From Adineta vaga (lineage: Eukaryota > Animalia > Rotifera), in contig CP075493.1 of assembly GCA_021613535.1 (NCBI GenBank), positions 15,748,001 to 15,812,000 on the forward strand: a stretch of 64,000 bases of DNA, read 5' to 3'. Positions 1-12,023 of this stretch are shown here, one piece after another. The notes under the pieces are model-generated. The model ran no database searches. It was not told the origin of the DNA and saw only the letters and a list, made by a program, of their open reading frames with translations. The position numbers and the translations under genes are program-made. Position 1 is the first letter of the stretch. Every line of letters starts with the position of its first letter.

Positions 1-865
1 TTGGTGATGAGATATAAAAGACAAAGAATGGACAAGCAAATGTCACATAGAATAAAGGATTGACAATATTATTAATAATATTTTCTCGAGCTATTTGATC
101 GGCCGATTTAATGGTAGTAGCAGTAATCGTTAAATATTCTGTGAATATTGTAAAAGGAAGGACAGATACAATTATAATAGGAATTTGAACAAGTAGCATT
201 AATGTCAACTGTCGCTGAACAGCGTGCCGTTGACGATCTAATTGTAACATATTCATATTACGATAGGTAAGTATACCCATCACACTAAGCACTGTAATAG
301 GTGTTAAACCATAAAAGACAACAAGAACAAAATATATTCTATAGTTAGTATAGAATGTATTAGATAAAATTACGCACGTATAAGAAGTCGTAGTGCTATT
401 TAAGGATGATGGTAAAAGTTGATAATATACAAAATGTGGAACAGAATGACTTATCCATATAAAAGTAGATATTGCTGTTGCCCATCTAGCTGTGGATAAT
501 CGACTCAATTTTCGATATTTCTCTTGTCGACAAGTAAGAAGAAATCGATCAATGCTTGCTAAACAAATACATGACAAGGAAATAAGAGTACTTGATTGTA
601 TAAGACCAACACGTGTTTTACACCAAATAAGATTTGTTTGTGACCAATCAACACCAAAACCTACACTTAGAATACGTGTAAATAAACCATAGAAGAGAAC
701 AATACTATTGACAATTGATGAGACAAGAAAAAGAAATCCACATGAATTGCGACGAGTTGACCATAATAGAAGTAAATTGAGTAAGTTACCTATACTGCCA
801 CAAATGAATATTGGTAAACCACTATAAATAGTTATAGAACTAATGATAGAAGTAGTTGAGGACAT
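1..865 (-). CDS. Rhodopsin-like (class A) orphan GPCR, 3' end beyond window start
   Basis: Hand translation from ATG at 865: MSSTTSIISSITIYSGLPIFICGSIGNLLNL..., ASIDRF (DRY-like) and HAVQRQLTLMLLVQIP. The frame appears open to base 1, which would explain its absence from the ORF track. Confidence 0.85.
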   Translation of the reverse strand, partial: MSSTTSIISSITIYSGLPIFICGSIGNLLNLLLLWSTRRNSCGFLFLVSSIVNSIVLFYGLFTRILSVGFGVDWSQTNLIWCKTRVGLIQSSTLISLSCICLASIDRFLLTCRQEKYRKLSRLSTARWATAISTFIWISHSVPHFVYYQLLPSSLNSTTTSYTCVILSNTFYTNYRIYFVLVVFYGLTPITVLSVMGILTYRNMNMLQLDRQRHAVQRQLTLMLLVQIPIIIVSVLPFTIFTEYLTITATTIKSADQIARENIINNIVNPLFYVTFACPFFVFYISSP

Positions 866-1226
866 ATTGATAAATTCTATTTATTGAGAGTTCTCAGCAA
901 AGAAATATCTAGAGCATAGAGAGATTATGATATGATTCTAGGTAATTCCATTCATTTTATAGAGCTTTTCCATAATTAAAAGAAAAAAAACAGGAAAAAC
1001 TAGGTCATCCGTGTTAACATATCAGATACTATTCTTGTATTCAATTTCATTAATTATTTGCCAAAAGGCTTATCCTTTATAGGTTTTAAGCTCTTTTTTT
1101 CTTTTAACTAATATTTCCAACCACACTACGAACACATAAATCTGTATGTAACATCATTCATCCATTCAGTTCACAATAAAACAAGTATTTCTGAGCAACT
1201 GGTTCATGATTTTTTTTAAATTAAAA

Positions 1227-1269
1227 TGAATGTGGATATGTCGTATCTAATCTTCATTCACACTCTCAA
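1227..1269. repeat. Telomere-like hairpin element, degenerate copy
   Basis: TGAATGTGGATATGTCGTATCTAATCTTCATTCACACTCTCAA matches the family core GTATCT..CTTCA and right arm CACACCCTCAA. Lies between two GPCR genes. Confidence 0.5.
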
Positions 1270-1933
1270 CTCCAAAAATGATATAAAGATAAATTTCAAT
1301 TGTTCATCGATAGAGAACATTGATGATCATCTTAAAGTGAAAGATCGTAAATATTGATGGACAACATCAATTGAAAGAACTTTTAGTTAACTTTCTCATA
1401 CGTTCTTTCTATTCAATCAACTATGTATATAAAATTTAGTATGATTATTTCTATGAACAAGAATATAGACTTGTTGAAAGAACGCTAAATAATCCTTTTT
1501 CGTTTTTCACGTCATCCACGAGATGACATTAGGGATTAAAAGGATTAAAAATTTTATGCCAAACTTGACACTTACAAAAATTTATCAACTATCGATTTAT
1601 ATAAATAAGCATAATGGAAATTTAAATAAAGATGGATTTAATGCATTCTCGGTTTGCTTTTTAGATGTTTATCGTATCTATCGGATAAAGCGAAATAATG
1701 AATGATATTACCGGAATTCCGGGATTTTTATCTTTTTGTTAGAAAAATTGTTCTAGATTTTGCTTTTTTTTTCAATCATTGTGATACAAAAGATTGATAT
1801 TAAATTTGACACTTTTCTCGAATTGCTTTGACCTTTTACTAATTCTCGAATGTTATCACATCGCTAGATTTGACTACGATACAAAAGAAGATTTATATCA
1901 GAGTATTTCTTAATCAAATCGATTTTTAAGAGA

Positions 1934-2800
1934 ATGTCGTTAATAACTGCTTTATGATTGCAATATATTTCTTAACAATTATTTATTCATGCCAGTTTAT
2001 TCTTATTTATTCTTAATATTTTTGGTAATGCCTTGAATATTTTAGTATTTTCAAGTGTTCGTCCTTATCGTACCACACGGACTACATTCTATTTCTTAGT
2101 TGAATCAATGACCAAGATAGTCTTTCTAACAACTAATATTTTACCTTGTATAATTACTTTTAGTTATGGATTTGATTTAACTAGTAAATCAATAGTAGGA
2201 TGTAAATTAAGACAGGTTCTACTCTTTGCATTAAGTACAATAACTTTTACTTGTACATGTCTAGCTACAATCGATCATTTTTTTGTTATATGTTCTAATC
2301 CATCATTACATCGAATGAGTAGTATTACTGAAGTATATAAAATTGGAACCATCATCAATACTATTTGGTTCATTCATGCAAACAGTCTTTTGTCTCTCGG
2401 ATATTTTGCCAGCTTCCAGTGTATATGTGCTCCCATTACTACCGGAACTGCTATTTACGTTGCATTATTTTTCATCATTGTTTTTAGTTTTATTCCAATA
2501 ACAATAATATTTAGATATTTAACTTGTCGTAATATTAGTGAAACAAGAGCTCATGTTGAACAATAAGCTGATCAACAATTGGTTAAAATGGTTCTTTTAT
2601 GAATTATATTAATTCAATTAGTAGAATATTCGACATGTTACTCTTGAATCTGTTAGTACCTATTTATTATGGAGTATGACTCGATGTTAGTAAAAAAGGA
2701 TGAAAGAGAATATTTTTGATTTCATCAAGTCGTTTTCGTCAAACTGTGAAAGAACGATTCGTTCTATGGCAACCTACAAATCGAGTCCAATCATCTCTAA
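1934..2800 (+). pseudogene. GPCR pseudogene
   Basis: ATG at 1934 is followed by in-frame stops. ORF 2033-2566 has FGNALNILVF and CLATIDHF. After the premature TAA the frame continues ADQQLVKM, with SSRFRQTVKE further on. Confidence 0.75.
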
Positions 2801-3561
2801 ATTGATGATATGAGTATCAATATAAATGTTATAATGTCGGTATTTACTCATATCTAAACTATGAAAAAGTTTAGATATGCACGTAAGTATGAATATTATA
2901 CTCAGATCACCTTCATCTTGCACTTCACCCTTAGCAATAAAAGGTTGTCATCATTTATGCGTCGAAGTGCAAAGTGTTGAAACGATAAATTTTATGTATA
3001 TTTATATTTTTGTATTATATTAAATAATAATTTAATTCAAACAATCAGATTTCAGCATTATAATATGAAGCAATAAATGAGTGCTTAAAGGTATAGCTAT
3101 AGTCTGGGTGAAATCATGGGTAGGTGGGTACGGACTTGGCTATGTTTGAAAGAATGTGTGTGTGTATAGTCATCTATTGCTAATGTCAAGCTTTTGCGAG
3201 TATTTACATCCATTAGCTCGGGATTAGGGTTATACGAAGGTTTAGTAGAATGTATCATTGTCTCTTTCAAATTGAAATGTCATTACATAATGTGAAGAAT
3301 AAGAGAAAAAATTCTTCAATACCTCGAAGTAAATATTAAAGAAGTAGAAACTAACTTATATTATTGACGTCAATCGAAAGATATTTTTAGTTTTTAACAA
3401 TATTTATAAGTATTTATTCTTGCTAACACACTTTCATAGATTAAAACATTTTAAATTAAATATTCTCTCTTGTATTCGCTCTACAAGATATTTCTTTTTT
3501 CTCTTTGTCAGTTTTGGTTTTGTTTTCACCATCAAAACTTCATTGTGTCTTAGTGGAAGAA

Positions 3562-4789
3562 ATGCTTCTTTTCTTAACTTATTTCTCTATTATTTGTACA
3601 AAGATGTCGATTGCTACCGTTAACACAGCATTTTGCGATATTTACTGGGAACAAACATTCGTATCTAATGTAACAAAATCTTTAATAGAAATTCGACAAT
3701 TATCATCTTCAAAAGACACAACTGTTATTGATTGTGCTTTAGTTTGTCTTAATTCAATTTCGTGTTTAACAGCAATATTTAACAGTTTAATCAACACTTG
3801 TCAAATGTTTAATGTACGATCAAATAGAAGTGGACAAATTCTACCATCGTTAATTAATATTGCTACAATTGTCATGCACAAAGATTCATGTAAGTTGAAT
3901 GTGGAAGAAGGATAGAATTTTATCATCATAAAAACTCTTGTTTAGTTGAAGTTTGACAGATGGGAAATGTTTTCTTGTTTAAATATCATTAGTTAATGTC
4001 GAGTCAATTGTTAGGTATGATTTTTAGTTGAAAAAAAAAACAAACAAATCATAGAGAGAATATCTCGATTCAATTAAAGAAACTTATTTATTGGATATCT
4101 TCTATAGATTTTGTTGATTAATCGAGAATTTTAGATCACATCCATTTCAGATATATTTCGATTTTTCTCGTTTAAAGATTTATTAAGAAACTTTATTTAA
4201 GTAGAAGATATTGTATAGAAAATCTTTTTATATTTTAGCATATTCATATAGTCCCATTAATAGTAATGATATTTCATTTGTTGTGTGGAATGTAAGTGCT
4301 GGTCAAGATAGTTATATAGCATCGAGTGGCTTTGATATCGGAAAATATTATTATACGAGCAATCCAAGTTTTCTCTTTGATGGGAAAACCTCAACAGGAT
4401 TATGCAGTTATGGTTATTGTAATGCGACATATTACGATCCAATATGTGGTATTAATACAGGAGTGTATGTAACTGCACGATATGGTTCATTTGTTCTTAA
4501 TGGATTTTCAATTGCTACTGGAAGTTGGGGTTCTAGTCGTGATCCACTTGTGATTACTATTGAAGGAAGTAATCAAAGTGAATCATCACTTATTCTTGGA
4601 TCAAGTTGGACATTAACTTATAATGGTACTTCAGGTTTAGATAATTATCCAGGAAAATCAGCTTTTGGAACAAAACAAATGATTGAGAATAATACATTAG
4701 AGTTTTCAAGTTATCGTATTTTAGTTGTTAAAAACCGCGGTAGTCCAACTTGTAGTGAAATTGGTGAAATTGAGTTGCTTAGTCATTGA
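3562..4789 (+). CDS. Secreted PAN/Apple-like domain plus galactose-binding-like (F5/8-like) domain protein; exons 3562-3889 and 4239-4789
   Basis: Signal-like MLLFLTYFSIIC, PAN cysteine pattern CALVCLNSISC...CQMF, GTAAG donor at 3890 and TAG acceptor at 4238 join in phase 1. C-terminal RDPLVITIEGSN...WTLTYNG...SYRILV module. Confidence 0.7.
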
Positions 4790-5114
4790 TTAAAGTATTT
4801 TGATTTATTTAACTAAAGCCTCTTGTTCATATGTTGTTCGATGTTGTATGTGTTTGTTATTCGTATAAATCATTTAATAAAAATCATATCTCATTAGAAA
4901 AAAATCTCTTGTAGTTTTTTGCAGATTCTATAGATGATAAGTTATAGACAATAAAAATAATTATCACGTTTGAGTTTTGACTTTATCCAAAAATATGTAT
5001 TTGCACAAGTTGCGTTTATTTTTTTTCTTCTTTTTCAAACCATATTGTTTTTCTTTCCTTTTGTTTTGTAAAAATAAGACAAAGTAATATAAAAAAAGAA
5101 CTTATATGAAATTT

Positions 5115-5180
5115 TGAAAGGGTGGGTGTGGGTGTGGGTAAGAATAAGGTGTAAACCCTCACTCACACCGATACCCCTCA
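5115..5180. repeat. Telomere-like hairpin element
   Basis: TGAAAGGGTGGGTGTGGGTGTGGG...CCCTCACTCACACCGATACCCCTCA. Confidence 0.8.
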
Positions 5181-5458
5181 GTATTTTGAAAGTACTTTAG
5201 ACATTTGTCAATGTTCATTACCTTCAAATCTCGAGTTTACTGAAGCTATTAAAGAAAGTATTGAAATTGTAAAAAAAGAGTTAAATAGATAAAAAAAACG
5301 CTTCTTCCTACTCTCACAGCGTCAGCACCCATATAAAGATAAGAATAACATGGCCTTTCAACGACATTTTTATCAACCGTCTCGTTGCATTGATCGTAGA
5401 TAAATACTCGAGCACACATTTACATTCATTTTATTTCAAAAAGAGACGCATCGAAAAA

Positions 5459-7549
5459 ATGAGCGAGCCATGGGATCGACGTACATATCCTGTTACATTT
5501 CAATTATGCACTGAATCTAATTTAGATCGTGTCGAACTTTATTGTTCATCTAATAATTGGACTACACCATTGGCAAGATTATCGTATGCTTACAAAGATT
5601 CCTCATTGTCTCAAGCAGCGAAATGTGTATATCTACATACTCTTATACTCGTTCCTGGAAATTATGAATACAAATATAAAGTCAATAATAGACTACCATG
5701 CGTATTAAATAATGAGAAAAAAATAGTGAATGATAATAATATTTTAACAAAAGACGATTTCATTCAACTTATTGTGGAAAGGTGTGATTTGTTAGAACGT
5801 GAAAGAATTGGTGAAACAATAACAGAAGGAAATAATCAGTATGAAAATGAAAATACAAATGTTGATTCTTCCGATGTTGGTAGTGCACTTTTTCAAGATC
5901 GCTTGTTTCCGGATATTGAACTTATTATTAATGGTACAGAACATTGCAAAGCACACAAAGCCATTTTATCAGTTCATTCGACTTTTTTTAAAAATCTTTT
6001 TTCTCAAGAGAATATGAAAAATTCAGTTGAAATCCGATTAGAAGTGGAAAATTTAGCTAGTTTTAAGATAATGTTTAAATATCTTTATACGAGTATTTTT
6101 CCACATTCTCTTGATCATCAACAATTCAAATCGTTATATCAAATAGCAACAACATATGAAATATCAACATTAATTGAACTTATCAAAGAAAATCTGAGTA
6201 GTCAAAATATTGATGTGAATAATTGTCTTTTATTATTGTCAATGGAAAATGAATTGAAAGAAAATTGGTTACAAGTACGTCGTTCAGCTATTGAAATTAT
6301 TGTAAAAAATTTTCGTTATCTTTGTCATCAAAATCAATTTTTAAAATTAGATTATAATATCATTCAAGATATTTTTTGTCATTCATATCTTAAAGTTCCC
6401 AGTGTTGTTATGGCAAATATGAGTTTAAATCGATGGTTAAATACAAACGAACAAATGACTGTTGATGTTTCACGATCTATTAATGCATTAAAACAATATC
6501 GACCGATAACAAATCGAAATGCTCTTCAATCATCAATTGTCTGTTACTTCGCTGATGGAAGTCCAAGATATACAAATATGACAATTAATTCAATCAATTC
6601 ATTTTTAAGATCCACTCCTAAAGTTATGGTTGGTCTTTTAGTTAAAGATGAAAATACTCGCGATAAAGTTATGTTTTCGATTTCAAAGAAATATCATTAT
6701 CGTATTTTATGTAAACAGGTCTCTCAAGTCGCACATTTTCAAGAATGGAATCCAACTCAATATAAATTAGATATTCTTATATTTCTTGATCACGGCTTTG
6801 AAGAAATCTATTGGATAGATTCAGATACGATTGTTTATGATGATTTAACACCACATTTAATCAAATTTCGATCTTCCGATAAATTATTTTATTTTGTACT
6901 TGATCATGTTATGTATGATTCAGGTTTTATTAATCGATGGAACCAACAACATCAAGATACATTTATTCCACAAGCATGTTTTATGGGTTTTAAATCCACG
7001 TGTATGAGAACATTCTTTGCCCTTTGGAAAAATGCATGGAAAATGTGGATTGAACCAAGACCATTTACAATGTATCAAGATCCAAATCCAGATTTCGATG
7101 GATCAAGTTTTTGTACGGAACAATATGCACTTGGGAATGCTATATCGGAATTCATTGCACAAGAAGCATCTTTACATCATCAACGTTATGATTATCGAAA
7201 TTTAATATTTTCATTTGAAAGAAAATTAGTTTTAATTGCGAAAAATGAACAGTTAAAATCATTTTATCCTTCGTCAAAATTACGATCAATGGTTAGTATG
7301 AAAACTTATGTTTCTTCACAACCTCATTCTTTTGCTTTAAATACCTATATATTGAAAAATTCATTTTATGAAGTATATTCTACTTCACAAAGATCTTCCT
7401 TTCTATCCAAGTATCATTCAATGTATTCAACAACTTTATCATCTGAAGATACATTTATCGATTCATTTTTTGATTCCATTCTTCATTTTTATAATCAAAA
7501 TTATCAAGCTGGTTATCAATGGTATTTGAAAAACTTTATTAAACCTTAA
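5459..7549 (+). CDS. Intronless CBM48/AMPK-beta-like carbohydrate-binding module + BTB/POZ + BACK + GT-A (GT8-like) glycosyltransferase protein
   Basis: YPVTF...SSNNW...LVPGNYEYKYKVN (CBM48-like), DIELII..KAHKAILSVHSTFFKNLF (BTB), NCLLLL...FLKLDYNII (BACK), YWIDSDTIVYDDL (DxD). Confidence 0.75.
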   Translation: MSEPWDRRTYPVTFQLCTESNLDRVELYCSSNNWTTPLARLSYAYKDSSLSQAAKCVYLHTLILVPGNYEYKYKVNNRLPCVLNNEKKIVNDNNILTKDDFIQLIVERCDLLERERIGETITEGNNQYENENTNVDSSDVGSALFQDRLFPDIELIINGTEHCKAHKAILSVHSTFFKNLFSQENMKNSVEIRLEVENLASFKIMFKYLYTSIFPHSLDHQQFKSLYQIATTYEISTLIELIKENLSSQNIDVNNCLLLLSMENELKENWLQVRRSAIEIIVKNFRYLCHQNQFLKLDYNIIQDIFCHSYLKVPSVVMANMSLNRWLNTNEQMTVDVSRSINALKQYRPITNRNALQSSIVCYFADGSPRYTNMTINSINSFLRSTPKVMVGLLVKDENTRDKVMFSISKKYHYRILCKQVSQVAHFQEWNPTQYKLDILIFLDHGFEEIYWIDSDTIVYDDLTPHLIKFRSSDKLFYFVLDHVMYDSGFINRWNQQHQDTFIPQACFMGFKSTCMRTFFALWKNAWKMWIEPRPFTMYQDPNPDFDGSSFCTEQYALGNAISEFIAQEASLHHQRYDYRNLIFSFERKLVLIAKNEQLKSFYPSSKLRSMVSMKTYVSSQPHSFALNTYILKNSFYEVYSTSQRSSFLSKYHSMYSTTLSSEDTFIDSFFDSILHFYNQNYQAGYQWYLKNFIKP

Positions 7550-8662
7550 ACTATTAGTTTTTTTTATTCATTCACAAAAAAAATAGCTTACACTACAACT
7601 TATGAACATCTGTCATCTTTCACGTTCCTTTTTTTGAGTATAAAGGAAGCGTGAATCGAAAACAGGATAGATAATGTCCGTTGACTTGTGATTAATGAGA
7701 TGTATAAAATGATATATTCTTGTATTTGTGAATGTTTTTGATTTGTTTTGATAATGATTTCGTTCCGATGATATCTACGCCGTGAATTCAACTTATAAGT
7801 TCTGTTATGCATACGTTTAACGTGAAGGAAGTTAGCAGCGGATTCGAGTATTTCCTGCTGACATTCGCTTAGGTACTTGGGAGAGGTCGAATACTTCTGG
7901 GATAGATAGAATTCATCATTCTGCATCGAATGGTATCGGTTGAGAGAGAGAGAGAGGAGGGCGGTTCATCGACCTAAATCCGAGGATTTCACCCAAAATA
8001 CTCGGTGAACTAGTTATTTTGCCCAGTAATCCTTTGAGAATATTGATAATACTAATTTGAGTATAGATCTTGGGGGACACGCGAGAGAAAGACAGCAACC
8101 ATGGATATATCACATGTGAAGATGTATATCCTGTTATTATGAAGAATTTCTAAAATTTAAAGAAATAATATACAATATGTTGTGGAAGGCACCACAATAT
8201 TTGACCATTTGTCTACTAGACTATGTTACGTAAAAGTTCCTTTATTTATTAACAGAAAAGATAATTTCATTTGTTGAAGACAAAATTAATGCTTTTGACA
8301 GACGTTAAGAAATACCTCGTCAAATAAATATCCCAATGAACCAGAACCACTGTAAATTGAGAATGTGCAAATTCATGCAATTCTTAGACTTAATCATCCT
8401 CACCTATCTTCCTAGTGATATATAGCATTTTATCGATGAATGAAATTTTATTATAGTAGGAAAGGCGATCTTGGTTGAAACTTATAGGATGGAAAAGTTA
8501 TGAGAGTTCAAAGGATCCAATAATAATAATAAATAAAAATGTCTTAGATAATAATTTTCTTATTAATGATACTCATGTCAATCTTGTTAAACTAAAATAA
8601 ATATAATTAAATATAATAAAGTAAAATAGATAAATCGAAGAGGAAAAAGATTTTTTCTAATA

Positions 8663-8720
8663 TCTAGGGTGAGTGTGGATGAAGACCGAACACGTACATC
8701 AATACCCACATCCTTCAAGA
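8663..8720. repeat. Telomere-like hairpin element
   Basis: TCTAGGGTGAGTGTGGATGAAG...TACCCACATCCTTCAAGA. Confidence 0.7.
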
Positions 8721-8980
8721 GTTCTGCGCAGTGCCTGGCAAAGTCCGTATTTTCACTCTCACTTTTTGTGTCGGTGGCCCTGTTGCGCGAAAATGGCATG
8801 CCACGATTATTTATATTATCTCTTAAAAGATTCTTATTGATGTGAATCATTATGAGATGAATTGATCATCTTATTTTCTTAGAAATAATCTTTTCATTAC
8901 TAATAGAAAAATAATGCCTGGAAATCTCAAAAAATAAATTTATAATATAAAAGAATATTCTTGACGAAGTTTTTGTTTAT

Positions 8981-10037
8981 TTAAACAGATATAACAACTG
9001 AAATTGGTCTTGCATCTGTTTGTGGAGTAATCTGATTAGTACATAAGAAATTGAAAAGATGACGACAAACTTTTCGAATAAAACTTTTAACTTGATGACG
9101 AAATCTTGGCGAAATAATTAAAAATAAATAGAAATTAATCTAAAGAAAAACAAAATCAGAAAAGAAAAATAAAACAAGAAAATTTTACCGAAAAATTTGT
9201 GTATAACAAAGAATTAAATATTGCACCGATGAAAACTATAATAGTTGGTGTAAGATCATCGTTTTCATTATTAAACATATTTAGTTGATACAAAGATATG
9301 ATTATATAAGGAATACCACAGATAATCAATGATAAAACTCGAATTAAAATCATTGCTGTTAATTGTTGATCAAGTTTACGTCGTTGAACTGGAATTTGTC
9401 TTCGAATTATTCGACGAACATTACGATAAGATAATAAACTAACTGTTATTGTTATGACAACTGGTAAAGCATTGCTTAAAATTGGATAATAAAAATAAGA
9501 TAAATATTGTTTTATAAATTCATCATATACTGAACATCCTAATGGAAATTGACGAACTTCTGAATAAATATAAAAGATAAATCCATGAATTAATGAAACA
9601 AAGAAATTAATTATTAAAAATAAATATGCAAATTTCATTGTACTTAATTGACGAATTGAATAATGATAATTTGTTGAAAAATATTGATGTATTGTTGTAA
9701 AACATATTGTAAATAATGAAAATAAACCAAAAAATTGTGAAAAACCTGTAAGATTTTTACACCATAGAAGAGAAAGAATTGCTGGATCATCATTCAGAAT
9801 ATTTCTTAAAATACGTGATGAGCATACAAATAATAATAGACCAATATTTGAATATGATTCAATAATTAAATAAAAACTTGCCGGAATTTTTCGAAAGATT
9901 TTTAAATTAGTTAAAATTATGATTAAAGATAAATTACTTATTAAACCACTTATTAAATTGAATAAACCGAAGATAAAACGAATTTCATTTGTTAAATTAA
10001 TAAAATATTCCATTGTTGAATTTCTTGAAGATGACAT
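8981..10037 (-). CDS. Rhodopsin-like orphan GPCR; exons 10037-9189 and 9139-8981
   Basis: 7TM ORF 9156-10037 with RRKLDQQLTAM. A 49-nt GT-AG intron restores TM7/helix 8 (YTNFS|INFYLFLIISPRFRHQV); stop at 8981. Confidence 0.85.
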
Positions 10038-10370
10038 TCTTTGTCTTTTGCAAAAATTTTATCAAATAAAAATTTTATACATTATATTTATCGTATAAAA
10101 CTAAATTATATCGTTTTTAATCTATTTTAATTTAAAAATTATCGAAAAAATGTCCTGATTTATGCTATTTATAAATCGAAGTATTAAGTTATTAAAAGAC
10201 ATTTTTTATGCAAACAAACGAAAGCTTCCACATATAGAAGCTGTATGAGATAAACGTGAGATCTTTTACTTTCAAGTTTATGATCATATTTATGCTGATT
10301 ATGAAGTTTATCAACGAGAAGCTGGTATTCTATTTGTCACACAAGTCTCATCATGTAGCAAGTTCGATTA

Positions 10371-10413
10371 GGATGTGGGTCAAGGTATCTCTACTTCACC
10401 CATAGCCACATCC
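10371..10413. repeat. Telomere-like hairpin element
   Basis: GGATGTGGGTCAAGGTATCTCTACTTCACCCATAGCCACATCC, between two divergent GPCR genes. Confidence 0.75.
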
Positions 10414-10700
10414 AATAAATATTTCGTACCAAAACTTTCTTTACATAGGTTATATAAGAGATGTTAATGTAAAATTTGAAGATAAGTTCAAGAAATTTCA
10501 ATCATGTTTTTTATCTTTTGATGTCACAAGTGCTTAATCGGATAATTACAACGTTAGACAGAAAGGCATCTATTGATGTGCAATATAATCTGTCATTTGA
10601 CAATAATCTGATTTGTTTTCCATTTACGTAATAAATTTTTTGAAATAAAATATTTTTCATTTGTCTTGTACTTGTTCTTCTTCAGATTAATTATTAAAAA

Positions 10701-11693
10701 ATGTCCGCAGAATATGATTTCATTGAATATTTAATTCGAATTCAAACAAATTCACATAGATTTGGTGGACCAATTTTAATTATTTTTGGTACCATAAGTT
10801 GTATATTAAGTTTACTCATCTTTACTAAGAATAATTTACGTAAAAATCCCTGTTCAATCTATTTTATGGCATATAATACAGTTTGTTTAATAATGATATA
10901 TACTATCATTTTACCCTATACATTAAGCATCGGTTATAATATTGATACCGTTTTATTAAATATAAATATCTGTCGTTTTCGTCTTTATAACATACTTTTA
11001 TCTGATGTCTTAGGTCCATCATATTTAATTTTGGCATCAATTGATCGAATATTAATAACTTCAAGAAATGCTCGTACAAGACATCGTAGTACGGTTCGTT
11101 CGGCTTATCTAAGTATTTTCTTAATAGCATTATTTTGGTTATTAATAACAAGTCATACATTAATATTTGCTCGTATTATACCAATAGGACCGAGTTTGAA
11201 TATTTATTATTTTCAAAGTGGTGATTATTACATATTTATAAGCTATTATGCAGTTATATTTAAAGGTTTTCTATGTCCTTTATCGATGATCATTTTTGGA
11301 TTATGGTCAATTAAAAATGTTCGAAGTTTAGTACGTATTCATCCAAATTCTCTTGGAGAAACGCATGGCACAATACAAAATAATGCTTGCTCAGTTAAAC
11401 ATTCAAAAGATCGTCAATTATTTCGAATTCTTATTTATGATATTTTTATTTATCTTACATTTAATTTAATGTTATCAATCGTTTTAATATATCAACAAAT
11501 TGTTCAACCTTCATCAGAAAATATTATTGACAATCAACTTCGTACTTTTTATATTATTCTCGGTACTTTTAGTTGTTATATTCCATCTTGTATTGGATTC
11601 TACAGTAATTTATTTATATCAAAAATGTTTCGAAATTCAGCAAAACAAGTTTTCTTATGTAAAGACATATTCTGTCTACAACAGCGACATTAA
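10701..11693 (+). CDS. Rhodopsin-like orphan GPCR (intronless)
   Basis: 330-aa 7TM ORF with LRKNPCSIY, LASIDR, KDRQL and SKMFR motifs. Confidence 0.9.
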   Translation: MSAEYDFIEYLIRIQTNSHRFGGPILIIFGTISCILSLLIFTKNNLRKNPCSIYFMAYNTVCLIMIYTIILPYTLSIGYNIDTVLLNINICRFRLYNILLSDVLGPSYLILASIDRILITSRNARTRHRSTVRSAYLSIFLIALFWLLITSHTLIFARIIPIGPSLNIYYFQSGDYYIFISYYAVIFKGFLCPLSMIIFGLWSIKNVRSLVRIHPNSLGETHGTIQNNACSVKHSKDRQLFRILIYDIFIYLTFNLMLSIVLIYQQIVQPSSENIIDNQLRTFYIILGTFSCYIPSCIGFYSNLFISKMFRNSAKQVFLCKDIFCLQQRH

Positions 11694-11868
11694 AATTCGA
11701 ATAAATAACGATTGAGTATTGTCAAATGTTGTATCCGTTGTACGTTTCTCAGATTAATTAACAACTTTTGTAAATAAATTTCTTTTTGTTTCTTCTAACT
11801 TATTATTTATTTTTCAATATGATTTTATTTTCAATCATGTTCGTATCTTTCTAATTATTGTATATTTT

Positions 11869-11945
11869 TTGAGAGTGTGGATATAGGTATGCGTGAATGA
11901 TGAGAGAGCCGTTACGGCCATAGCCTCACCCTCACCCACCCTCGA
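11869..11945. repeat. Telomere-like hairpin element
   Basis: TTGAGAGTGTGG...CCTCACCCTCACCCACCCTCGA, between convergent genes. Confidence 0.7.
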
Positions 11946-12023
11946 CGATGCCGTCCGTGTGAATCATAAATTTTGCGTTACTTTTTTAAAAAAAATTTAT
12001 TTAAAGAAAAAAACAAATAATTT

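Noticed and set aside
2890-3135. Possible highly degenerate hairpin copies (also ~17130-17180, 26817, 27285, 32188, 39739, 51515-51566)
   Set aside because: Too diverged or single-armed to call by eye; needs an HMM scan.
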